64,000 nucleotides of DNA. Source: Promethearchaeia archaeon (GTDB lineage: Archaea > Asgardarchaeota > Lokiarchaeia > Sigyniarchaeales > SOKP01). The translations under genes and the position numbers were made by a program. The DNA is taken from NCBI GenBank assembly GCA_029856145.1, contig JAHQWK010000031.1, positions 1-64,000 on the forward strand. Direction: 5' to 3'. Positions 1 through 7,939 of the stretch are shown one piece after another. The notes beneath the pieces were generated by a model. It was not told the DNA's origin. It ran no database searches and was given only the letters and a program-made list of their open reading frames with translations. Each line of letters starts with the position of its first letter. Positions within the stretch are counted from its first letter, which is position 1.

Positions 1-759
1 ATTTTTAATATCGCTCAAGAACTCTACAATAATGGTAAATTAGAAGGCATTTTCTATGAGGGTGAGAGAAGGACGTTATTTTATACCCCTAAGGGCATTA
101 CCAGTCTTATTAAAAAACATCAAATTTACTTTTCATATTCTGATCTGTTTCCAGGGAAAGAATTATCAGAAAAAGATATTGAACTTATCACCAGCCTTAT
201 CAAGAAATTACTTACCAATAAAAAATTAAAGGGAAAATTCGATGAAGAAAGACACAAATTCTCCAGCTATGATACGATTTATGCCCAGAATACTGAAGAC
301 TTAATACGCCGATTTAACGATTTAATTTCGGAATATTTCCAAGAATTTGAAAAAACACACCTAAAAATTAAAGAGATTCTACTAAAGGAAGAAGAAGTTA
401 TTCGCCCTCAAATTGTTTCGACCATCACAAAAATTATTAACAACATCCAATCATATTTCACGTTTTGGGGCAGTGAAATAGACAAAAATTTTTACAAAGC
501 CAATAAAGTCCTCAATGAAATATACCCCAAACCAGAAGAAAAGGAAGACCAGAAGAATCTGGAAAAATTTACACTCCAGGATGAACCTGAAATTCAAGAG
601 TTATTAACTATATTTGACGGGTGGACGAGCTTGTTTAATACTCTGGAGCAGAAATTTAAAAGTGTAATATTCCATAAAAAACAGCTGCAACGTGAACCAA
701 ATAATCTTGAGAGTAAACGAGCATTATACGAATTATTGAAAGAATTAAAAATGGATTAG
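1..759 (+). CDS. 5'-truncated hypothetical protein with tandem winged-helix/PCI-like motifs and a helical C-terminus
   Basis: Frame 1 is open from base 1 to TAG at 757-759 (missing from the ORF track). Two motifs, ELYNNGKLEGIF and KLLTNKKLKGKFD, resemble the PCI/WH C-terminal 'L..G.L.G.(I/F)D' pattern. Confidence 0.7.
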   Translation: MFNIAQELYNNGKLEGIFYEGERRTLFYTPKGITSLIKKHQIYFSYSDLFPGKELSEKDIELITSLIKKLLTNKKLKGKFDEERHKFSSYDTIYAQNTEDLIRRFNDLISEYFQEFEKTHLKIKEILLKEEEVIRPQIVSTITKIINNIQSYFTFWGSEIDKNFYKANKVLNEIYPKPEEKEDQKNLEKFTLQDEPEIQELLTIFDGWTSLFNTLEQKFKSVIFHKKQLQREPNNLESKRALYELLKELKMD

Positions 760-979
760 AAATCTGAATGAGATGCTCTAATTATCATATTACATTTTTT
801 ATATTTAAAGGAAAGAATTCTCTTCCTCAGGTTGAGTTTATTAATCTGTCGCCCCCTTCTCTTATAAAACTAGCAATTTCTTCTTAAATCCCTAAGATTA
901 AAGATTTTTTCTTTAAATAATCTCAAAAGATAGATAGTCCAACTCAATATCAATTTGAAAAATATGCAAAGGTAGTTGT

Positions 980-2809
980 ATGGCTTCCGAAAAAGATTTT
1001 GGGATAAAGAGGAGCCCAACTCAGAATCCTCGAAAAAGTCCTGTAAGAGAGACTGAACCCCAAAGGAGAGAGTGTTATATACAGACGAAATTCCGTGAAG
1101 ATATAAGACATATCAAGAGTTATCTACATACTGATATCACTAAATTTCGATTAGGAAACCCAATTATTAAGGAATTTATGTGGAATTTTCAAACTACATT
1201 TAATACTGCTCACCTTCAATCTGTCTCATACTTTCTTACCACATTAGGTTTTAGAGAAAAAGTGGATGAAAATATGCCAAGTTTAACTGTATTTCGCTTT
1301 TCTCTCCCTATTGAAGAGCAATCCATCCATGTAAAAATTACTGAGCAGACAAGTAGAATTATAATCCATGCTCATCTGGACAGAAAAATTCATACAGAAT
1401 TTAAGTATAACGATTTTACCACATATCTTTTATCTGAATTAGAAAAATTCTTGCGAAATATATACAGACCATCATTTATGAATCGCCAGATGAGAATAAC
1501 GCCTCAACCGTTAAGTGAGTCAGAGCTTCAAGAAATCCAAGAAGAACAAATGTACACAGAAATCACCTCAGAGACGAAATTTTCACTTATCAAGAAAATT
1601 AAATTTCAGTTTACACAATATATTTCTGAGATTAAAGCCCAAAGTTTCGCTGAGTCAAAATCTCAGAAAAGATTCATCTCAAGTAGAAGAATGTTTGAAA
1701 TAGCATTTAGCTTAATAACCTCTAATATAAATCAAGAAGATAATCACCTTTTAGAACAGATAGAATTCAATATAAAGCTTTTTCTTTTTGGTGAAATAAA
1801 TATAATTTATCCTGAATTACGAGTATCATATGAAGAATCAATTAGACCAGAAGAACCCAAGGGTTCTAGTCCACGATTTTTTCCTAAGATCCCCGTAGGA
1901 AACAACACAATAACAGAAGAGACTACATTAAGCCCTCTTTCTGAAAATTCGGATCGCTTACAAAGAACTAATCCCCCAGAAAAAGTTAGCAAAGAAAAGC
2001 AAGGCACCATAAGTAATACAAGATATGGAGAATCTATAAGAAAAGCTCCATTCGTAAGAGATGGTAAGAAAGAAGAAAAGATTGATTCTGAAATTACAAA
2101 GCGAGATCAAAGGATTAATTTTTGGAAGCATGAAGTTCTTTCCAAATTTGCAGAGCTATTAAATGAGGATTATGAAGAAGCAAGAATGAACAATAGATAT
2201 GCGATCAATATTAACAACGTTAGGAATAACGTAAGAGATTACTTTCGAAAAACAATTAAGTCAGAATCCACCGAAGAACAAGCTCATTTTAAGAAAGCAT
2301 TAGAAATTCTGGATTCAAAACAGGTTCAATCTCACTTTAATAAAGCAAGAAAATATTTAGAAATTGTAGTAAATGAACAAGTTGAAACTGAAAATCGTGA
2401 AAAAGCTGAATTTAATACCTTTTTCAAAGAATTTTTGAAAAGAAAGTTTGAAGAATGCTATAATAAAGCTTACATGGAAGACCGATATGATCTAGATATA
2501 AAAAACGTTAGATCTCAAATAATTACTTCCTTAGAGAAGGAAATCATTGAAGAAGAATTCCAATTTGTAGATAATTATATTAATAATGCTAAAAAGCATC
2601 TTTGGTCCAAAGATTTTGAGAGAGCTTTTAGAGATTTGAGAAAAAAATTAAAAACAAATATTGAAAAGTCTAGGTATAAGGCTCAACGCGAGAAGGAAGA
2701 AAATAGAAAGTATAAGCTTAATAGTTCTTCTTGGGTTTTGGGCTTCATATTAGGTTTTTCTCTATTGGTTTTTGGCATTCTAGCTATTATAATTTATCTC
2801 CCAAAATAA
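980..2809 (+). CDS. hypothetical tail-anchored protein with an internal ~95-aa duplicated helical domain
   Basis: 609-aa ORF. Single C-terminal hydrophobic segment WVLGFILGFSLLVFGILAIIIY. Repeat pair RYAININNVR / RYDLDIKNVR. Confidence 0.75.
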   Translation: MASEKDFGIKRSPTQNPRKSPVRETEPQRRECYIQTKFREDIRHIKSYLHTDITKFRLGNPIIKEFMWNFQTTFNTAHLQSVSYFLTTLGFREKVDENMPSLTVFRFSLPIEEQSIHVKITEQTSRIIIHAHLDRKIHTEFKYNDFTTYLLSELEKFLRNIYRPSFMNRQMRITPQPLSESELQEIQEEQMYTEITSETKFSLIKKIKFQFTQYISEIKAQSFAESKSQKRFISSRRMFEIAFSLITSNINQEDNHLLEQIEFNIKLFLFGEINIIYPELRVSYEESIRPEEPKGSSPRFFPKIPVGNNTITEETTLSPLSENSDRLQRTNPPEKVSKEKQGTISNTRYGESIRKAPFVRDGKKEEKIDSEITKRDQRINFWKHEVLSKFAELLNEDYEEARMNNRYAININNVRNNVRDYFRKTIKSESTEEQAHFKKALEILDSKQVQSHFNKARKYLEIVVNEQVETENREKAEFNTFFKEFLKRKFEECYNKAYMEDRYDLDIKNVRSQIITSLEKEIIEEEFQFVDNYINNAKKHLWSKDFERAFRDLRKKLKTNIEKSRYKAQREKEENRKYKLNSSSWVLGFILGFSLLVFGILAIIIYLPK

Positions 2810-2924
2810 ATCAAAAAGATTTGAAATTAAATCACGTTTAGATTAGAGTTACTATCAGGGTAATTTTTATTATTAAATTTTTTCACTCTAGAGCCTTATT
2901 ACTGTTTATACACTTGATATAATT

Positions 2925-2995
2925 GGTTGTAGAAAAATCCTATATGAATGCTTGTGGTGAGCATAATATCTTTTTCTCATAGGGTTTTTACAACC
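2925..2995. repeat. imperfect inverted repeat enclosing a hairpin (possible small RNA or cis site)
   Basis: GGTTGTAGAAAAATCCTATATGA pairs with TCATAGGGTTTTTACAACC. Internal ATGCT-N7-AGCAT hairpin. T-rich tract follows. Confidence 0.55.
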
Positions 2996-3065
2996 TATTT
3001 TTCTTTTGTGTGACTTTTGCTTTTTCCGTGTCACGTTTTATATATAATATGATAAATTAACCCAC

Positions 3066-3138
3066 ACCACCTTTTTATATACACAATCTTCCTTCAATTC
3101 ATATTCAAATTTACTTAAAATAGGAGGGTAAAGGCAAA
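3066..3138 (+). promoter_or_regulatory. TATA-box promoter and Shine-Dalgarno
   Basis: CCACCTTTTTATATA about 65 nt upstream of the ATG, and GGAGGG before the start codon. Same layout at 4501-4578. Confidence 0.5.
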
Positions 3139-3714
3139 ATGCAAGATAAATTATCAAGTAAGCCAGATCTTATTATTTTAGGATTCGACAACACACTTTA
3201 TGAGAATCCTAGCCGTGAATATTCCATCAATATTAGGGAATATAAAATTTTACCTGCTAACTATTTCTTTCAGCAGTTAGCACAATCAGTAGAAATATTT
3301 TCCAAATTCGAATTTGCTCACAATACTCAATTTTATCTCATGAGTAAACGCCCAGATTACCATCAAAAGACCATTCTTAACTTGCTTCATACTAAAGGAT
3401 ACAAAATTGATAAGTCCTATTTCTGGAACTATAATTTTTTTAAAGATCCTCATGTGCGAGTCAATTTCGACCAAAATAAATTCAAAATTCGCTATTGGTC
3501 AGAAAAAGTGGGTTTAATTCACTCCCTACATCGTTCTAACAAGTTTCATTCCATCACAGTAATAGATAGCAGTAAGGTGATTTGCTCCATGTTAAAAAGC
3601 CTTCATTATAAAACTGTGAGGTCAGAGATTAGAGGGTATCAAGTCTTTTTCGAGCCTTTTAATCAACAATCAAATTCTCAGTTAATAGAACGTGAGGCGA
3701 TGATACATGGTTAA
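3139..3714 (+). CDS. HAD-superfamily-like protein, probably catalytically degenerate
   Basis: ILGFDNTLYENP matches HAD motif I (hDFDNTL) with the nucleophile Asp replaced by Gly. VIDSS lies at motif IV. Strong SD. Confidence 0.6.
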   Translation: MQDKLSSKPDLIILGFDNTLYENPSREYSINIREYKILPANYFFQQLAQSVEIFSKFEFAHNTQFYLMSKRPDYHQKTILNLLHTKGYKIDKSYFWNYNFFKDPHVRVNFDQNKFKIRYWSEKVGLIHSLHRSNKFHSITVIDSSKVICSMLKSLHYKTVRSEIRGYQVFFEPFNQQSNSQLIEREAMIHG

Positions 3715-4057
3715 GAATTGTCATGGGTTTATTCCTAAGAAGTACAAACCGAAACCACTATATTATCGACAGCGTAAGGAGAATTGGTGTGCGATATTTC
3801 AAGTTCCTCAGACACTAATTCATTATGAGATTCAGATATTTGCCGATTTCATGGATAAATTCCGTACTGGGAAGTATCTTTATCTTTACAAGAAAGTGGA
3901 CGGAGAAAAAAGACAGAATCTTGATAGCTTTACTTCTATTAAATCGGCAATGGAGCGAATGCGAGAGGAAATGGATCTTCCCCCTGAAGAATTTCTTGAT
4001 AAATCAGATGCACAATTTTGTGATATATCTAAATGGACACATGGAGGATTAAAATAG
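3707..4057 (+). CDS. hypothetical protein
   Basis: 116-aa ORF overlapping the upstream stop by 8 nt; GAGG SD. Confidence 0.65.
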   Translation: MVKNCHGFIPKKYKPKPLYYRQRKENWCAIFQVPQTLIHYEIQIFADFMDKFRTGKYLYLYKKVDGEKRQNLDSFTSIKSAMERMREEMDLPPEEFLDKSDAQFCDISKWTHGGLK

Positions 4058-4061
4058 GATT

Positions 4062-4295
4062 ATGCCTGCAATTATTCGTTTATATGAACGCAATGAGGAG
4101 TTAGTTGATTCCACCAGAGGAGAGTGTCCCGATTGTCCTAAAGGATTGCTTTTTATAGACATTGATAAGAGTTTTAAATTAGTTGTTGGGAATAAAGATT
4201 TTAGCTTTGATGTTATTGTTTGTGATAGATGTGATTATATTCTACTTGAGAAATGGATTTCTCCAACAGATAAAATTAAAATTAATTCTGATTAA
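4062..4295 (+). CDS. small zinc-ribbon protein
   Basis: CPDC...CDRC pair; GGAGG upstream. Confidence 0.65.
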   Translation: MPAIIRLYERNEELVDSTRGECPDCPKGLLFIDIDKSFKLVVGNKDFSFDVIVCDRCDYILLEKWISPTDKIKINSD

Positions 4296-4500
4296 GCAGG
4301 TGATCCCATGCCAACTTTTAGCTCTCAGAAAAGGTTGGAAAAACATAATTTAATAAAATAAATATAATTTGAATGAACACTTGCCTACTACTTTTTTTCT
4401 TCTTTCTTCAGGTGAAAATTTCAATATGTAATTTAGTTCATTCAGATCATCATGCAAGATAATCATCCTTATTTAAATAGACGAAAATCTGAAAATTATC

Positions 4501-4578
4501 CCACCATTCTCTTATATAAGTAAGAAATTACTTTATACTATATCGAAATCAAAATAAATAAAGGAGGGTTAAGAAAGT
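4501..4578 (+). promoter_or_regulatory. TATA-box promoter and Shine-Dalgarno
   Basis: CCACCATTCTCTTATATAAG, then AGGAGGG 10 nt before ATG 4579. Confidence 0.5.
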
Positions 4579-4986
4579 ATGGAAATTGAAAATTATGAAA
4601 TTACTCCGGAAGGAGAAATCATTACATTCAGAAGGCAACAAATCCAAGAAAGTGGGAAAGAAAATTGTTGCTACGCCTTATGGCAAGACAATCGTACTAA
4701 ACACCTTATTTTTGGACTTTTGAATTCTGCGAAGACATACGGTGTTGGAATTTCTGTGAATGATCACCATAACCTTATTATTAATCATATTCAAAAAATA
4801 ATCAATTCAAAGAGTGTGTTTGTAATGTATCGGTATATTCCAGCTCCACCCGAAAGCTACGGAAACGGTGTTGTGTGCGAAATTATTCCTAAAGAAGTCA
4901 AAACTGAAAGAGAAGTTTCCGATGATGTTATCTCCCAATTCAAACAAATTTTACACATATTAAATGAGTACAAGGAGTGTATCTAA
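4579..4986 (+). CDS. hypothetical protein
   Basis: 135-aa ORF with strong SD. Confidence 0.7.
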   Translation: MEIENYEITPEGEIITFRRQQIQESGKENCCYALWQDNRTKHLIFGLLNSAKTYGVGISVNDHHNLIINHIQKIINSKSVFVMYRYIPAPPESYGNGVVCEIIPKEVKTEREVSDDVISQFKQILHILNEYKECI

Positions 4987-4989
4987 AGG

Positions 4990-5298
4990 ATGGAAGGTAA
5001 TAGGTTAGAACAAGAAATTAAGAGTTTGATGAATTTAGGGTACACCACCCTTATTTCACAGCATTCTAAAGATATTGAAGAATTTAAGACACAATCCAGT
5101 AAATTTCAAAAAATTCTTAAACTCACATCAAATGATGTTAAACAGCATCTTCATTTTAATTGTCCTGAATGCAATAATCCCATGAAAAGAAATATCTCAC
5201 TTACCACTCATAAAATTTATTGGTTTTGCAAATGCTATGGTCATTCTTTTGACACATTAGAGTTAATCCATATAATTAATCGAAAGAAAAGAAGATAA
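4990..5298 (+). CDS. small zinc-finger protein
   Basis: CPEC...WFCKC motif; starts 3 nt after the previous stop. Confidence 0.65.
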   Translation: MEGNRLEQEIKSLMNLGYTTLISQHSKDIEEFKTQSSKFQKILKLTSNDVKQHLHFNCPECNNPMKRNISLTTHKIYWFCKCYGHSFDTLELIHIINRKKRR

Positions 5299-5324
5299 AA
5301 TAAAAATAGAGGACATAGAAGAAA

Positions 5325-5579
5325 ATGAATGATATTCCAATCCTTTCCAACCTTGAGAAAAGAATTATATTGGTATTAGGTGAAGATTTACATTTCTATA
5401 ATGAAGTAAGCAGATACACGATAACCGATATTAACAGAATTTTAAATGAATTCAACCAAAAATATAGTAACCCCATTAGGTTTTCCCCACCATCTTCTAC
5501 AGTTAAGAATCTGCAAAATAAGGGCTTAGTAGATTCTGTATCCGATACGTTTCAAGGCAGAAGAAGTGATGATAAATGA
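5325..5579 (+). CDS. winged-helix DNA-binding protein, possibly truncated
   Basis: LSNLEKRII... SSTVKNLQNKGLVDSV is a wHTH-type pattern; GAGG SD. Confidence 0.55.
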   Translation: MNDIPILSNLEKRIILVLGEDLHFYNEVSRYTITDINRILNEFNQKYSNPIRFSPPSSTVKNLQNKGLVDSVSDTFQGRRSDDK

Positions 5580-5715
5580 TAATGGTATATATCAAGGAAA
5601 TGTTAAGCATTTCAGAAAAAAAAATTAAATCCATAAATTTTTTAATTTGTGATCCCTTTATTATTTTACAAATAGATTATGTAATTTTTTAAGAACTTAA
5701 ATTCACATAAGAACA

Positions 5716-7089
5716 ATGAAGTGGAGAATAGCTTTTGATATTTCTCATAAACCAAGAGGTAAAATTGATGAAAATCTTACTGAACTTCGAGATTATCTAA
5801 ACTCAAATGATTTTATATGTTATAATTTTTTAGAAGTACCTATTACAGAAGATTCTTTAACACCGTATGATATTCTTGTTTTTGTATGCCCTGATTTTGC
5901 CAGACTCTCTTCCCTGGAAATAACAGCAATTGTAAGTTGGGTTAAGAATTCAGGAGGAGGAATATTATTATTATCACATGCGGGAGGAGATAGAGGGCGT
6001 GGAAGTAATTTATCTGAAATTTCAGAACAATTCGGAATTGCTTTTGAAAACGATCAGGTTTTAGATAATAAAATAAATTTAGGATTAGAAAATATCCCTT
6101 TAATTTCAATATTCAATATACCTCATCCAGTTACTACTGGAATAGGTACTTTATGCTATCGATCGGGGTCTTCTCTTTCTATTATCGGAAGTGGTGCTTT
6201 TTCAATAGCAGATTCAAATGAAACATCTGAACCCTTTTCTTGTCCTCTTATCTGTGTTTCTGAACCAGAAAAAGGAAGAGTCTGTTGCATTGGAAGTTAT
6301 GAATTATTTAGGGATAAAATAGGAGGGGGTTTTCAATGCAATGATAATCCCCAATTAGCATTAAATATTTTTAAATGGCTTGTTTCTGACTATCGAATGG
6401 AACTAAGAGCTAATTTAGATGTACCTGTGCCTATTCCTCAAACATCTGTTACTCCACTAGAAGTACCAGAAGAAACAGAGATTTCTACCTCTTATGTTTC
6501 TCCAGAGAAAAGAACAATAGATATTGATTTTTCAATGAAGATTACTAAAAAAAGTGAATTAGTAGAGCTATTAAAAATATTTCAAAATCAAATTAATACA
6601 ATACAATCTACAATAGATAAATTAATTGAAAAAACAATTGCTTCAGAAAATGAAATTTTTGAAATAAAAAACTCAGAAGTTACACAAAATTCTGAACTTG
6701 TTAAACCAATTGAAAAAGTTAAAAGCGGAGTTTCTCAAGTTGATGAAAAGCCTAGGGATGAAATAACGATTCAAGAAGAACCTACATTAACAGCTTTACC
6801 TCAGAAACCAGATAGTTTGAAAAAAGAAGATATAGAATCAGAAGAATCTTTAAAACCACCCCCTAAACTTAAAACAAAAGGTAAAACTAAAAAAGAATTA
6901 AAAAATGAAAAACAAGGCTTAGAAACAAAATTAACTTCTGTTCAAGATTTAATGAAATTCATTGATAAAAAACACTCATCAGGAAAACTGAATAATAATG
7001 AATATGAAAAACGCTCTAAAAAACTCCAAAGCGATTTAAAGAAAACGAAAAAAAAGATTGATATTATCAACAAGCTTTTAGAAAAATAA
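5716..7089 (+). CDS. GIFT/IFT52-like (GATase1-like, DUF4350) domain protein with coiled coils
   Basis: GGGILLLSHAGGDRGRGSNLSEISEQFGIAFENDQV resembles the IFT52 GIFT core; GRVCCIGS and DNPQLALNIFKWL are also present. Pro-rich linkers and C-terminal coiled coils. Confidence 0.7.
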   Translation: MKWRIAFDISHKPRGKIDENLTELRDYLNSNDFICYNFLEVPITEDSLTPYDILVFVCPDFARLSSLEITAIVSWVKNSGGGILLLSHAGGDRGRGSNLSEISEQFGIAFENDQVLDNKINLGLENIPLISIFNIPHPVTTGIGTLCYRSGSSLSIIGSGAFSIADSNETSEPFSCPLICVSEPEKGRVCCIGSYELFRDKIGGGFQCNDNPQLALNIFKWLVSDYRMELRANLDVPVPIPQTSVTPLEVPEETEISTSYVSPEKRTIDIDFSMKITKKSELVELLKIFQNQINTIQSTIDKLIEKTIASENEIFEIKNSEVTQNSELVKPIEKVKSGVSQVDEKPRDEITIQEEPTLTALPQKPDSLKKEDIESEESLKPPPKLKTKGKTKKELKNEKQGLETKLTSVQDLMKFIDKKHSSGKLNNNEYEKRSKKLQSDLKKTKKKIDIINKLLEK

Positions 7090-7181
7090 ATTGAATACAA
7101 AAATCTTTTACAATCTTTTTTTATTTAACTATTACATCTCTGATTGTAATGATTATTAATTTGTATAAATTTGGAAGAGTC

Positions 7182-7601
7182 TTATTTTATCACATCTGTT
7201 ATAAAGCAAGTTTCTACGATCTTTACTCCTTTTATTGGGGAAATTTTTTCTTCAATTAAAGGATTAAATTTTTCAATCGATTCGATTTCTACTTTCATAA
7301 ATAATCCACAATCCCCAGAAAGTCTCCAAATATTCGTTATTTCTTCAATTTCCAATAATTCTTTTAAAATCCTTTTAATTTCTTTGAAATCAGGCTCCAC
7401 TTTTACTGTAGCTCTAGTACGTGGTTTATTATCGATGCTATATTCAATAGTAAATCTTTTAATGACTCCCTCCTCACTCAATTTTTTAACTCTTCTTCTA
7501 ACTGTTGCTTCAGTCTTCCCTACATTTTCAGAAATATCATTAAAGGACATCCTACTATTTTCTTTAAGTAATTCCAAAATTTTAAGATCAACAATATCCA
7601 T
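7182..7601 (-). CDS. Lrp/AsnC family transcriptional regulator
   Basis: MDIVDLKILELLKENSRMSF...TVRRRVKKLSEEGVIKRF HTH followed by a RAM domain. Confidence 0.93.
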   Translation of the reverse strand: MDIVDLKILELLKENSRMSFNDISENVGKTEATVRRRVKKLSEEGVIKRFTIEYSIDNKPRTRATVKVEPDFKEIKRILKELLEIEEITNIWRLSGDCGLFMKVEIESIEKFNPLIEEKISPIKGVKIVETCFITDVIK

Positions 7602-7939
7602 TATGTTTAAATCACGAATTGAACTTTTTATTCTTTTTTATAAATAATTCTTTTTAATTATTAAATATGATGAATCATTTATCAAATTTTATTTAATTAA
7701 AACTTCAATTTTATTCTTTTTTTGCAAAATTTTGTTTACATTATTACAACCTTATGTCAATAAAATCTAATAATAGTTTATCAATACATTAATATTCATA
7801 TCCTATTTTTCTTTTTTCATCAATTCAAAATAATTAATTAAGAAATTTAAGAATTGGTTGTGTTGATGATTCAATTACTGAAATAAACAATTTTGTTTTC
7901 TAAAAGTAAAGAAAAAAATAAGCAAAAAAAAATATTCCA

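Noticed and set aside
7171-7647. 158-aa + strand ORF
   Set aside because: Antisense shadow of the Lrp/AsnC gene.
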